From: the human T2T-CHM13v2.0 reference genome, Homo sapiens
Assembly: GCF_009914755.1 (NCBI RefSeq)
Contig: NC_060934.1
Direction: 5' to 3' (one strand)
Length of the DNA stretch: 64,000 bases
Shown here: piece by piece, positions 30,204-43,933 of the stretch
Layout of the letters: each line of letters opens with the position of its first letter
How positions within the stretch are numbered: position 1 is the first letter of the stretch
Program-made: the position numbers and the translations under genes
The notes under the pieces: generated by a model
Databases searched by the model: none
What the model was told of the DNA's origin: nothing
What the model saw: only the letters and a program-made list of their open reading frames with translations

Positions 30204-30599
30204 TTAGAACAAAACCAAACCAAAACAACACAAAAAACAACAACCAAAAAATAATATGGGGAGTTTCTGATTTGTCTTGGTACAGAATTAAAAGCCTCAT
30301 AAACTACAGCTTAATTTCCACCCTCTTTAACTAAAGAAGTATGTGCTACAAAACACTGTAGAAGTTCAGGCCAGTTTCCACTCATAATGGGAAATTGCAT
30401 GCAAAATTCAGGCATGCTGTTCCTACTTAACTTGTTCATCTTGCTCCATTGCAGCACTGGATGAAAAGTGAGGATTTTAATACTTTAAAAAAATTTACAA
30501 GAGAAAATCGTAGACTTTGTCACCATGTGTTTATTTCACTATCTGGGATGCAGCCTAAATAAAGTTATGAGTCAGATGTAGACCTCTTGAAGCTTGGGA

Positions 30600-31110
30600 G
30601 CACTCCGCCGGCCCTGCCCTGCCACCACGCACACACAAAATGTGAAGGAGACAAGTAAAGAGAACTGCTGGTGAAACAGCTGGATGATTGCGGTGGATCC
30701 TAACATCTTGAGAAGTGAATCTGTTTGCAAAAGCTTTAGCACAAGGAGAGCGATCTGCCTGAATTGCGGTAGAGAGTGTTGTTTGCGCATTTGTAAAACG
30801 AGGCGAATGACCCAGCTGTTGGCCGTAGGGGCCTTTGCTGTCCTTTCTGGGGTTTGTGGTCGCTGCCGAGGATCAGCACTTTCACACGCGACCTTACGCA
30901 TTCCTTGTCATCTTGTCCTTGGCGGGCCTGTCAAAAAGAAGTTATTTTGAAAGCGTATCGCTGATTGCACATTTTATTCCATAAGTGCTCAGCGCGTTTC
31001 ATGTAACTCCTGGAGGCCTCTGAGATAAGAGTGGAAAAGTGCCCTGTGCCCTTCTGAGTGGTGGGTGATCTATTTTCGACTTGGAGACTGGTGACAAAGC
31101 TGTCTTCTGT
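30600..31110. promoter_or_regulatory. CpG-retaining repeat-free element (enhancer candidate)
   Basis: About 20 CpGs by manual count at moderate GC; CAGCTG x2, CTGTCA, AGATAAG motifs. Confidence 0.45.
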
Positions 31111-32214
31111 CAGGTCAGACTCGCAGGGACTTTCTTGTTTTCTGTTCCTCTGTTGACAGCTGTGCCTGTGTTCAGAATGGTCATGGGGTAGCTGGAAGAT
31201 AGCTCTGGCATTTAAACACCTAGATAGGAAGGAGACGATGGAATGTATTTTTCTTTGCTATTTTGGTTAGCAAGTCCCTAGTAGTCCATACTGAGAGGGG
31301 AAGAAGCAGAGAGACCTTTGGGAGGGCGGGCAGGAAAAGATGTCCAACTTCAGGTTTAGAAGGCACAGAGGGAGTTCTACCGTTGGTATATGGTATAGGT
31401 ATTTTTAATGCCTAGAAAGGGAATGGCTGGAAGGAACATGAAAAATAAAGGTTGGAATTGAGGTAGCCTTGGGCGGGAGGGTCGGGAGGTGGGTTCGGGC
31501 TAACGTGAGTAACAAGATCAGGGCAAGACTTTTTTTTTCGGTATGCTTTGTGAAACAAATTGAAACTAACACACTGAAAATTGCATTTTTATAATGCTTT
31601 TACATAATGCAGGATCTTTGTTTTAAAAGCACAATGACGCAGGCTGACATGATAGGAGAACTTTTAAGAGACCCTTTAAATCTTCACAGGTATTTAACGT
31701 AAGCCTGAGCGTATAGCTCGGATGGGGATCAGTTTAAATGCTGTATGTATTCCCAGCATCTTGCATCCACATTGAATAGCTGTGGAGCTTTGACAAGTTC
31801 TTTAATCTCACGGACCTTACTTTTCTCATCCGCAAAATGGAGCCCAGTCCATTCCTGCTTCAAAGGGCTCTTGTGAGGGCCCAAGGTACAGCGCTACATG
31901 ACAATGTCGTCATGACTCTTTAAATATCCTATGAAACCTGTGATAGAAACTTGGGCTCTCACTCCCAGATCTTACTTTCCTTACTCTTTATTATTACTAT
32001 TTATTTATAGTAGCTAGTGACTAATGATGAATGATTCTTCCGCTTGGCCCCCCTATAGTTAAGGTCATGGCTTCCTTCAAGAATCTGATGGAAGTATGAG
32101 CCTCCTTCCCCCGATCCCACCCCCACACAATTTAGCACAGAATGCCAGTAATTCAGTCTGAAGCCCAATTAAAACTCTCTGATTTTAATGTGCTTTTTAA
32201 AAATGGAAATTACA

Positions 32215-32375
32215 CATGGTAGCGCACGCCTGTAGTCCCAGCTACTTGGGAGGCTGAGACGGGAAGGTTGCTTGAGCCCAGGAGTTCAAAGGCTGCAGTG
32301 AGCTAGGATCCCACCACTGCATCCAGCCTAGGTGATGGAGCCAGATGCTGTCTCTAAAAAAAAATAATAAAATAT
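32215..32375 (+). mobile_element. Alu right monomer (FRAM/AluJ-like)
   Basis: gcctgtagtcccagctac...; TSD aaatggaaattaca. Confidence 0.88.
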
Positions 32376-32486
32376 AAATGGAAATTACAATTTTATCTAA
32401 GAGATATTTTTACAGATGTCTGGAATTTGGAAATTTCTGCTTATAGGCATTTCTATCCATCATTTATTTTTACAGTAAAAGAAATA

Positions 32487-32825
<339 letters not shown>

Positions 32826-33722
32826 CTAGTACTGTCCCAGTTCAGCTGCCTATGGCAAGATTGTAAACTATGAAAAGTAAGAATGTAAATTAAACACAGT
32901 GAAAAGCTGAGTCATATGGTAATGTCTAGAAAAGTAGTAAGATACTAAAAGTATGTAAGTCAAAGAGGCCCAAATTATATTTTCCTTTCCATCCTTAAAA
33001 TGTCATAGCTAACTAGAGGGTTAACATTTTTTAAGTGCTGAGTCCAATCAATGTGATTTAAATCATCCATGATATATTCATAGCTGAATGATTAAGTTGG
33101 ATGATGTGACAAAACACTTAACTTGTATTTATGGTCATTGATGATTTTACGCATTATTAGAGAGAAGCATAGTTACACCCAATTAAATATAGACATCTGA
33201 TCCAGACATCAGTTCTGTAATTTCATGGGAAAAAGTAAATCTAAACGAGCAAAAAATGTCTGGGTATTAACTCCAGTCTGATGGTATTACAAGTTTTCCC
33301 AGTTAATTAGTAACACATATTATAGAACAAATGTTTGAAACAGAAATCTCGTGATTTTGCGTAACAAACCAGGAGTTGAGCTGGAAGTCTCTGTTCTCCC
33401 ACTGCGTTGCTGTGTGACCTTGGGCAAGTCACTTGACCATTGTCCACCTGTGATACAGGGGATGTGACTACATATCTCGAATGAGAAAAGACTTCTTCCC
33501 ATGTTAACATGTTTTGACTTTACATCAATTGTGTCATTGCTGCTTTTTTAAAAATGTTGCATCAACATTTACGATACATATAAAAAAGGTACACAAATTT
33601 TAAGTGCATAGCTCATTGAATGTTTACTCTTCTAACCAGCTCCTAGATTAAGAAATAAAACATCAACATCCTAGAAGTCCTCCTTGTCCTTCCTCTGGGT
33701 CATGAGTGCTACTCCTAAATGG

Positions 33723-33725
<3 letters not shown>

Positions 33726-33769
<44 letters not shown>

Positions 33770-33778
33770 TGTATGTGT
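33726..33778. repeat. (TG)n microsatellite
   Basis: About 18 pure TG units then interrupted units. Confidence 0.95.
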
Positions 33779-33879
33779 TTTAAAAAGGAGAGAGAGAAAT
33801 AATGAGTTGATAATTTTTAGAAATTTGGTGGTCTAACAAATTAAAAATCAAATATTATTCATTTGGAATCCTAATAATC

Positions 33880-34200
33880 CAGTCCACAATTCCTTATCTG
33901 CAGTTTTGAAATACAAATAGCTCTGAAAACAGAGAGGTTTTTCTTAAAGTTTTGAGCAAAAGTATTTGGCAACAAAATCTGACTTGATAGGATGAGAGGC
34001 TGTTTGCAGTCTTTATTTTTAATCTCACATAGTGTGACTATTTATGCATTTTACTCAAGAAATGTTCATGTGTTTAATGCTATGGTTCTGGCCTGGACTC
34101 TACTGGGTTCAAAGTCTAGCACATGCATCATACTTGTTTGTTTTTCAAAATAAAAAAGATTCTAAATTTCACCAAATTTGGCCCTAAGGATTTCGGATTC
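33880..34200. mobile_element. possible ancient Tigger-like DNA transposon relic
   Basis: cagtccacaattccttatc...ggccctaaggatttcggat resembles a remembered non-autonomous element; family uncertain. Confidence 0.4.
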
Positions 34201-34364
34201 ATACCACAACATAATTGTTTACACGTTGATGTCCCAACATTTTTACTGCTTAGATTTGTATGATTTTTATCTGAAAAGTAAAGCAGATATAGTTCTAGTT
34301 AACTGCTTGGTGCATTATCAAACATCCTTCTTCCAATCCTGCATTTAAAAAAAAAGCACTGTTA

Positions 34365-34925
34365 CTTTGCAATAATTTTAGATTTACTAAAAAAGCTACA
34401 AATCAAGCACATAGAGTTTCCCTAACTTCCCCTAATGTCAATACCTTACATAACCATGGTACATTTTTCAAAACTAAAACATTATTAATGTTGGTACAAT
34501 ACTATTAACAAACTATGGACATTATTCAGATTTCTTCAGTTTTCCCACCAATGTCCTTTTTCTGTTTCATGATCCTACCCAGGATCCAACATGGCATTTA
34601 GTTATCATTTCTTCTTAGTCTTCCCCAGCCTATAATAGCTTCTCTGTCTTTCCTGTTTTTTTTTTTAATCTCCTTTACAGTTTTGAAGAATAATAGGATC
34701 TTATAGAATGGCTTTTAGGCATTTTTTTGTTTGTTTGCATGTATTTTAAAGTTTTTAAAAATTAAACTTTGTATTTTGAAATAATTCTACATTCACCTGC
34801 TGTTGTATGAAATAATATAGAAGGACCCTGTGTACCCTTTATTCCGTTTCCCCCAATGGCAACATCTTGAAAACCATCACCTGATATCATAACCAGGATA
34901 TTGACATTGATAGAATCAAGATCAG
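34365..34925 (-). mobile_element. two adjacent L1MC-like 3' ends
   Basis: aataattttagatttac...cataaccatggtacattt; gaaataattctacattcac...cccccaatggcaacatcttg. Confidence 0.75.
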
Positions 34926-34959
34926 TAGATCCTCCAACCAACTCAACTCTTGCACTCCC

Positions 34960-35165
34960 TTGGTTCAGCACGTGCTGACTGGGGCCTCCCATGAGTCAGG
35001 CTCTGCTGGAGGCCTGGGGACACAGGGGTGAGTGAGAGACAAAACCTGCCCTCATGGAGCTTAGCTTCTAGGAAACAGACATAGCAAGTAAACACATGCA
35101 CAAACAGTATAATGTCAGCTAATGAGTGCTATGAGGAAAAATCAATCAGACTAAGGACTCAGAGA
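34960..35165 (-). mobile_element. L2 fragment
   Basis: ctggggacacag...cctgccctcatggagcttagcttctag. Confidence 0.7.
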
Positions 35166-35837
35166 AAGTTGGAAATCCATGGGCCAGCCTTCCCTTTCAG
35201 CTCTATTGGCCGGAGCTCAGGGGCAGGTGCCTGCTTTTGATGGGAGAAAATATCAGTAACAGTTTAATTGGTGTTTTACAGTTCCATCATGTATAACTAT
35301 TTTATATCTTTGTTGGAAATCCACACGGTTGTTCTGTGCTGGTAGTGCGGGTCTTTAAAAATCTAGGGAGTTTGTTTGTTGGGAAATTCCGTGGAAAGCC
35401 TTGTTTCCGATGCTTCTAGTCCCACAGTGTAGAGTCCCTCCTGTTGGTGATGGCATTTTGTACATTTAGTGACAATTGGCATAGAGTATAAAGCCTTTTA
35501 CAAGTCTAAAGTAGCAGTGTTTCTATTTCTTGGTATTCTTCATATCATCAAGAAGCTGTGACAAAATCAGAGAGGTAGAAGCCAGGGAAGATTCTGGATT
35601 GCATATATTTAGATGGGCTTTTCATCTGATTGTCAATTTGTGTCACTCATAAAAGAGATATCTTAATTTTAAGTGCTTCCAGAAAATGGGAATGAAACAA
35701 TGCTTAAATAGGGCCTTCAGATCAATTTATGGAATGATATCAGTTATCTTAAAAACCCTGGAAATGAGTGATTTAAAATAAACAACTATGGCCTTTTTTT
35801 ATTGTGGTTAAATAGATACATAACCTAACTATTTTTA

Positions 35838-36182
<345 letters not shown>

Positions 36183-36682
36183 TCACAAAGTTGTTTAACC
36201 ACCCACACTATTTCCTTAACTTTTTCATCACCCAAACAGAAACTCTCTACCCATTAAACAAAACTCCCCATGTCCCTCTTCCCCCAGCTCCTGCTAACCT
36301 CTAGGCTACTTTCTGTCTCTATGAATTTGCCTATTTTAGGTATCTCATATAAGTAAAACCATACAATATTTGTCCTTTTTGTCTGGCTTATTTCATTTAG
36401 CATCGTGTTTTCAAGGATCATTCATACTGTAGCATGTATCAAAATTGTATTCCTTTTTATGGCTGAATAAAATATACTTTGTAAGTACAATATACGTATA
36501 TATCACATTTTAGTTATCCATTCATCTGTTGATGGCCAGAAGCATCGTTTTCACCTTTTGGCTATTGTGAATAATGCTTCCATGAATGTTGGTGTACAAA
36601 TATTTGAGTCCTTGCTGGACTTGAAAGACCTGAGTCAATACTTTTGGGCATATACCTAGGAACAGAATTGCTGGATCTTATG

Positions 36683-37041
36683 TGTTATGGACTGAATGTT
36701 TATGTCCCCTCAAAATTCATATGTTGAGATACTAACCCCCCATGTGATGGTATTAGGAGATGAGGTCTTTGGGAGGCTGTGGAGCCCTCTTGAATGGGAT
36801 TAGTATCCTTATGAGAAGAGACACGAAAGAGCTTGCTCTTGCTCTTGCTCTCTACCCATACCATGTGAGGATAGTAGGAGAATACAGTCCCAAGTTAGAA
36901 GGAGTGCTTTCACCAGACACCAGATCTGCCAGTGCCCTGATCTTGGACTTCCCAGCCTTCAGAACTGTAAGAAGTAAATGTGCGTGTTCAAGCAACCTGG
37001 TCTATGGCAATTTGTTATAGCACCTCGAATTGACTAAGAAA
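36683..37041 (+). mobile_element. MaLR solo LTR (MLT1A/MSTD-like)
   Basis: tgttatggactgaatgt...atcttggacttcccagccttcagaactgtaaga...gactaag; 5-bp TSD-like ttatg/atatg. Confidence 0.88.
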
Positions 37042-39259
37042 ATATGATAATTCTGTGGTTAGCTTTTGAGGAACTGCCAAACTGTTTCCCACAGTGGCTG
37101 AACCATTTTATGTTCCCACCAGCAATGCAAGAGGATTCCAATATCTCTACATTCTCAAACACACTTGTTATTTTGTTTGTTTTTATTATGGCCATCCTAG
37201 TAGGTGTGAAGTAGTATCTCATTGTAGTTTTGATTTGCATTGCTCTAATGACCAATGAGGTTGAGCATCTTTTCATGTGCTTATTGGACACTTGTATATC
37301 TTCTTTAGAGAAATATCTGTTCAAGTCCTTTACCTGTTTTTGAATTGAATTTTTTGTTGTTGTTGAACTGTAGAATTTCTTTATGTATTCAGAATATAAC
37401 CCTTTATCAAGCATATGATTTGCATATATTTTCTTCCACTCTGTGTGTTGTCTTTTTACTCTCTTGATAGTGTCCTTTAATGCATGAAAGTTTTTAATTT
37501 TTATGAACTTCAATTTATTTCTTTTTTCTTTTATTGCCTGTGCCTTTTGTGTCATACCCAAGAAGTCATTGCCAAATCCAATGTTACGAAGCATTCCCCA
37601 TATGTTTTCTTCTAAGAATTTTATCGTGTAAACTGTAGTTTATAATCTCAAGTTCTGGTCTTTGATTCCTTTTTGCATATTGTGTAAGGATCCAACTTCA
37701 TTATTTTGCATGTGGATACCCAGTTTTCCCAGCACCATTTGTTGAAAAGACTGTGCTTTCCCCATTGAATGGCCTTGGTACACCTGTTGAAAATTGATCA
37801 TATATGTAAAGATTTTTTTTTCTGGGTTCTCTATTGTATTCTACTGCTCTATGTCTGTCCTTATGCCAGTACCACACTCTTTTGATTACTGTAGCTTTGT
37901 AGTTAGTTTTGAAATCAGGAGGTATACATTTCCCAACTTTGTTCCTCTTTTTCAAGATTTCTTTGGCTATTTGGGATTTGTCCCTTAAGATTCCATGTGA
38001 AGTTTAGGATAAATTTTTCTATTTCTGAAAATAATGTTATTGGGATTTTGATAGGAATTACATTCAATTTGTAGGTCACTTACAATATTAAGTCTACCAG
38101 TCCATGAACATGGAATGTCTTTCCACTTATTTTATCTTCTTTGAGTTTATTCAGCAATGCTTTGTAGTTTTCAGTGTAGAAGCCTTTCATCTCCTTGCTT
38201 TATTCCTAGTTTATTCTTTTTGATGCTATTATAAATGAAATTGTTTTCATAATTTTCTTTATGGATTGTTAATTACTAGTGTGTAAAAATGCAACTGATT
38301 TTATGAGTTGATATTGTATCCTGCATCTTTGCTATTTGTTTATGAGCTATAACCATTGTGTGTGTGTGTGTAACTTGAGGGTTTTCTACATATAAAACCA
38401 TGTCATTTGCAAACAGAAATAGTTTGACTTCTTCCTTCTCAATTTGAATGCTTTTCATTTCTTTGTCTTGCCTAATTGCCCTGTTTAGAACTTCTAGTAT
38501 TATGTTGAATAGAAGTGGAGAAAGCAAGCATTCTTATCTTGCTTCTGGTATTAGGAGAAAACTTGCAGTTTTTTGTTTTGTTTTGTTTTGTTTTACCATT
38601 GAGTATGATGTTAGCTGTAGGTTTGTTGTATCTAACCTTTATCATGCTGAGGAAGTTTTTTCTTCCATTCCTAGTTTATTGAGTGTTATTGTCATAAAAA
38701 GGTGTTGAATTTTGTCAAATGCTTTTTTGACATCGATTAGATGCTCATGAGGTTTTCCTTTTTATTTTGTTAATGTGGTATATTACATTGACTAATTTTT
38801 TTATATTGAACTATCTTTGCATTCTGTGAATGAATCCCACTTGGTCATAGTGTATAATTCTTTAAATATGCTGCTGAATTTGGTTTGCAAGTATTTTGTT
38901 GAGGATTTTTGCATCATATTCATAATGGATGTTGTTCTATCATTTTTCTTTTCTTGTACTGTTTTTGTCATGCTTTGGTATCAGGATTATATTAGCCTCA
39001 TAGAATATGTAGGAAATGTTTTCTTCTCATCAAATTTTTGGAAGAGTTTGAGAAAGATTGGTGTTAATTCTTCTTTAAATGTTTGGTAGAATTTACCAGT
39101 GAAGCTATCTGGTCCAGGGATTTTCTTTGTTAGGAGGTTTTTGATTACTGATTCAATCTCCTTATTTGTTATCGGTCTTTTCATATTTTCTACTTCTTCA
39201 TGGGTCAGTTTTGGTAGATTGTATCTTTCTAGGCATTCGTCCATTTCAAACGTGACCAT
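37042..39259 (-). pseudogene. degenerate L1 ORF2 (reverse transcriptase and C-terminal) remnant
   Basis: Peptides LERYNLPKL...PGPDSFTGKFYQTFKEEL; [13 protein letters not shown]...LFANDM (catalytic FADD mutated); KHMKRCSTSLVIR; broken by frameshifts and stops. Confidence 0.9.
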
Positions 39260-41698
39260 TCTAAACTAAACTGTTGGCAAATTTGTTACTACTGTCTGTT
39301 TTATTGAATTACTTTCTTGTCTTAGAGTGAAACTCTCATTTTAAATGACATGTTATTTCTTTCCAAGGTAAAGTACCAAGGAACATGAGGCTTTTGCTTG
39401 TATATATGATTGTTAATGTGTATTCAATTTTTGCCAAATATTTAATAAAATATTTTACTATATGTCTTGTGACTCATTAAAAGTGGGAAATCTCATTTGT
39501 GTATAAGATTATCAGGCTATATAAAAATGATTCCAACATACCAGAGACATAGTTTAGATTACAGGGCCTCTGTGGAGTTTTTGGTAAAATATCATTATTG
39601 ACTCACAATTATCCTCACTCTTGGTAAACTGACTGCTTTTATATGGTCCTTAGCCCATTTAATTTGTGTAGCAGAATGAACCAGTGTTATATTTGGCTCA
39701 AATTTAAATTTCTCCATTTTCTTATCAGACACTGGGTCAGAGAGAGCTAAGAGAAGCAACCAGCATCAGTGGGGCACAAGAGCTTTGTGACTTTCCTGTG
39801 TGCTTCTACCTGGTCTTCAGGATGGGTGTTTCCTGGTAGACAGTCATTCATGCAACAAGCATTTGCTGCCCTCTACCAAGCACCGTCTTAACCATAGGTA
39901 TCCCAACCATGCAGAACACAGAAGCGCACAAAGCAGACAACTCCCTGTGCTTTGGGAGAACCAATGAACCCAATGAACCGAATGAAACCAAAGCCAAAAG
40001 GCAGCCTTGATCCCCCAAAAGAAATTGATTCTGTAACCCAAATTGTAAAGTTTAGAGCTTTGTATTTTTGTCCTATTAAAGAACTGAATTCATTCTCAGG
40101 CACTGCCATCTTTGTTGGGGCTGGGCTAGCTCTTATGTCAAAAGCTTGAGCAGCCACTTTTAAGAGGAAGGGGACTACGATGATGCAGTCAGTAAATTTG
40201 TGCATGGCCTTGGAAACCTTCCAGAATTGTAAGTGAAAGCTGATATTCTCTCCACAGAAGAAAATATAGCAAAATGGGAATCTAACCATTTCATTGGAAC
40301 AGGAGATTGGACTCAAGTTACTAATACAGGAAAAGGCAAGTAGAGAAGGGTTGAGGTTTGAATTCTGAGCAGTTCTGCTTGAGGTGCAGAGCTGATGATG
40401 GTTTGGGTTAAGATAGCAATTTCCAAACCACAGCCCTCTTGCTAACAGCAAACTGGATTATACCATAAGAAGGCAACTAGTTCAGTTAGAACATACCTTA
40501 GTATTACATTTTAATCAGACACCACAAGGAGCTGACTGACGTTTAACTCCAGAGTTGTAACAATTTTGAATTGTTGAATTCAAAATTCAACAATTTTGAA
40601 TTTTGCCCAAATTTAGGAAAGAATTGGAGTAAGTCAGGCTAGTGGCCTCCTATAGCAAGTCAGGAAAGATATACTAGCAGAGTATAGTGTCATGTCTGTG
40701 GTTCAAAGGTTGTGTCCTTACCTCTTGAGTTACATTTTGATTGACAGGGCAAAACTGAATTTTTCAGATATTGTCACTTCAAAGGATTCTTAAAACTCTG
40801 CCACAGGATTGATTTTTGTTACGATATCGTCAGGCAGTGAGTGAGATGACATCCTGAGGTGCTGAAATCCTTAAGTTTTCTGGCCCCTGCTGAGTGGATG
40901 ACCCAAAGACCCCTGCAGTTTAACTGAGGTGTTTATTCATCTGCAGACTGGAAGCCAAGGATTGGAAATTTAACATGAAATAAATAATTAAACCTCACTT
41001 CCACAGGTGCAGAGGGCATAAATAATCTAACTGCATGCTGCCCAGGCATTCCATAGCATGGGCCATTTAGATTTAATGCCCAGGCACTCACTTGTAACTG
41101 AATATGTCGGAAGGTGGCTCCTGCCTGGGATGGGAACGGGTGCTATTTCAGAGCAGTGTGTTTGTCTGTCTGCTGGAAAGCTGCCTCCACCCTCAGACTC
41201 TTCTGGAGACCCTTTGCTGTCTTGGACTCCAGGGGAAATGTGTCCGCCCCTTGCCCAGCCCAGAGTACGAAATCTACAACCAACTCCTCTTCTGGTTAAA
41301 CAAAGGAGGTGATGTATTGAAGAGAGGCCCAAGAGAAATGATTCATTTCATCAGAAATGTTTGGAGAAACAGATGAGTTCGCTGATGGGAGTGGACTTCA
41401 CACACTTTGTTCTCAGAGTCATGAGTTTGAACCTGAGATCATTTGAGCATTGGGAAGTGGCTGAAAGTGGGTGTCATTTTCTGCTTTAACAGCAAATCTT
41501 GTGACAGGCACTGAGAGGTAGCAATCCATTTTCTGGTGACCAAGGGTAAGGATGCAACTACTAGTTCTAATTATGTCTGCATCACTTACATGGCTTTGCA
41601 CACAGTACAAATGTAATAAAAATTTGTTAAACGAGTCACTGAAAGAACACTGATGCATTGTGATATTTTGTTCTTCCTAATAGTGGTCTTGCCTGAGC

Positions 41699-41868
41699 CA
41701 GTGTCACTCACAGTGGAGGTCCCTGGACCAGCAGCATCAGCATCTACTTAGGAATGCAAATTCTCAGGCCCTGTTCCAGAGCCAATCAGTCTCCTTAGTG
41801 GGCCCAGGAATCTGTTTTTAACAAAGCCTCTGGTGATTCTGATGCCTGCGGAAGCGTGAGCCACACTG
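41699..41868. mobile_element. MER5A hAT DNA transposon
   Basis: ggaccagcagcatcagcatc...aatgcaaattctcaggccc...ggtgattctgatgc. Confidence 0.85.
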
Positions 41869-42539
41869 GGCTAGAGTTTCTTTGGCCAGGGAAGTGATTT
41901 AAGAATTGTACGCATCCTTATTTCCTCTCCTCAGTAGGAAGTCACCATAGCTGGTTGCAAGAGAATCGCATTTTAAATCTTTAGATGTACATGTCCCCAA
42001 CCCTACTCCCCCAGGACTTCTTACCCAGGACTCAGCTAGTCCCCTGGCTTTTTTTTCTCTCCAGATCTCATGTTTCCAGATTCTGTGCTCAGTCACTTCT
42101 TGGGAAATACAGATGGGGTTGGGAGGGAGGCATCCTCCCCTTTGCTGATTGCTGGAGGGGATTGAGCTGTCACGTCAGACCTCTGCTGAATGCCCACTGT
42201 GTGCAATGCCTGCACCACAGTGAGCAGTGCACAGTCCTCATCCCCAGGACCTCAGAAACTCCAAGGGTGGCAGACCTTGGAAGTGATGAAGGTGGGGATG
42301 AAGTGGCACTCACTGGGCTGGATCTAGGAGCACCCAGATGGGCCAAGCGCAACCGTGGGCTGGGGTGGAGTAGGAGGGCTTCCTGGAGGAAGTACTGCCT
42401 GGGCCATGGCTGATAGGGCAAGTGAGTGGCAGCAGGGTAAAGAGAGGGAGAGCCAAAGGGAATTTGAGGCTGAAGGAGCAGCACAGCTTAAAGCACACTC
42501 TGGAGAGGGTTTCGTCCAACTCTGGGGGACCTTTTTTGC

Positions 42540-42740
42540 TTTTTATGTTACTAGATATAGTAAAGTCTGCAACTCTTACTTTTACAGCTTGATGAATTCT
42601 CAAATGTGTGCTCATCCCTGTTACCACCACACAGACCAAAAGACTGGAGATTTCCAGCCTCCCAAAAGGGAGCCCATCCACAGCTCCCTGCCACCAAAGG
42701 CAACCCCCATTCTTACCTCTGTCATCATAGATTAGTTTTG
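42540..42740 (-). mobile_element. L1ME-like 3' fragment
   Basis: tacagcttgatgaatt...taccaccacacagacc...catagattagttttg. Confidence 0.6.
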
Positions 42741-42785
42741 TTGGGGACTTTTTTAGACTATCCACTTCTTAAGGAAAAAAACTTA

Positions 42786-43102
42786 TCCTGTAGAGCCAAA
42801 GATGGCTCAGGCTTGATATGACTTTGAGTTATGTGTTTTGTTTGGTCTATGCAGAATTTTTTTTTTAAGCTCATTGCTCAGATTTAAAAGTTGGGGGATT
42901 TCACACAACAAAAGCCCAACAACACTGGGCTCGTGAACCTCAGCAGCAGTGCTGGGCTGTAGTCAGGTAGGAACCGTCCCCCTGAAGATGGGCGTCCATG
43001 CGTCAGTATCCCTGGCTGTTCCCCACTGCTCACTCCTAGCCAGCTGCACTTTTGTTACTTGCCTGGCCCACTTGGGCTTGGCCCATGAGTTTTCAATCCC
43101 TG
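42786..43102. mobile_element. MER102-like hAT element
   Basis: caacactgggc...gttacttgcctggccc...tgagttttcaatccctg. Confidence 0.55.
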
Positions 43103-43507
43103 CCTTTAAATATGGTTTTGTTTCTTAGTTTGGGGCCTCCTGCATGACTGAGGGTGCTTAGTAATTTCCTTGGTTCACTCTTCAGTGTGTATTGAGCACT
43201 AACTATGAGCCAGGCCCATGCCAAGAGCTGGGATACAGAGGTGTGCCCAGGCAGAGGGATTGAGGTATTGTTTGTTGTTTGCCATGCAGGCAGCCAGAAA
43301 TGTGGCACAGTCCTACCTGCATGAGTTCACTTCTCACCACCTCCTTGGATGCCACCCATGCTGGTTGTTTCCTGGCCCCTGAGCCCACCTTGTTTCATGA
43401 TCATCACACATCCACTGTCACTATCCCTTCATTTCCTCCCTGTCTGGTCCTCATCCTTCCCTCAAGCTTTTGCTCAAGTCTCACCTCTTCCAAGAAGTCT
43501 TCACTGA

Positions 43508-43933
<426 letters not shown>

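Noticed and set aside
37034-39259. Reverse-transcriptase-like ORFs as an active retroelement or novel RT system
   Set aside because: Fragmented L1 ORF2 with frameshifts, FADD changed to FAND, and no 5' end, ORF1 or endonuclease
39958-39990. Short (CCAATGAAC)-like tandem with two CCAAT boxes
   Set aside because: Simple slippage repeat with no promoter context
39888-40451. 187-aa ORF, the longest in the track
   Set aside because: Non-ATG start, no recognisable domain or splice context; consistent with chance
41493-41545. 53-nt segment between a plausible acceptor and AGG|GTAAGG
   Set aside because: Frame-shifting length and no other support; expected by chance
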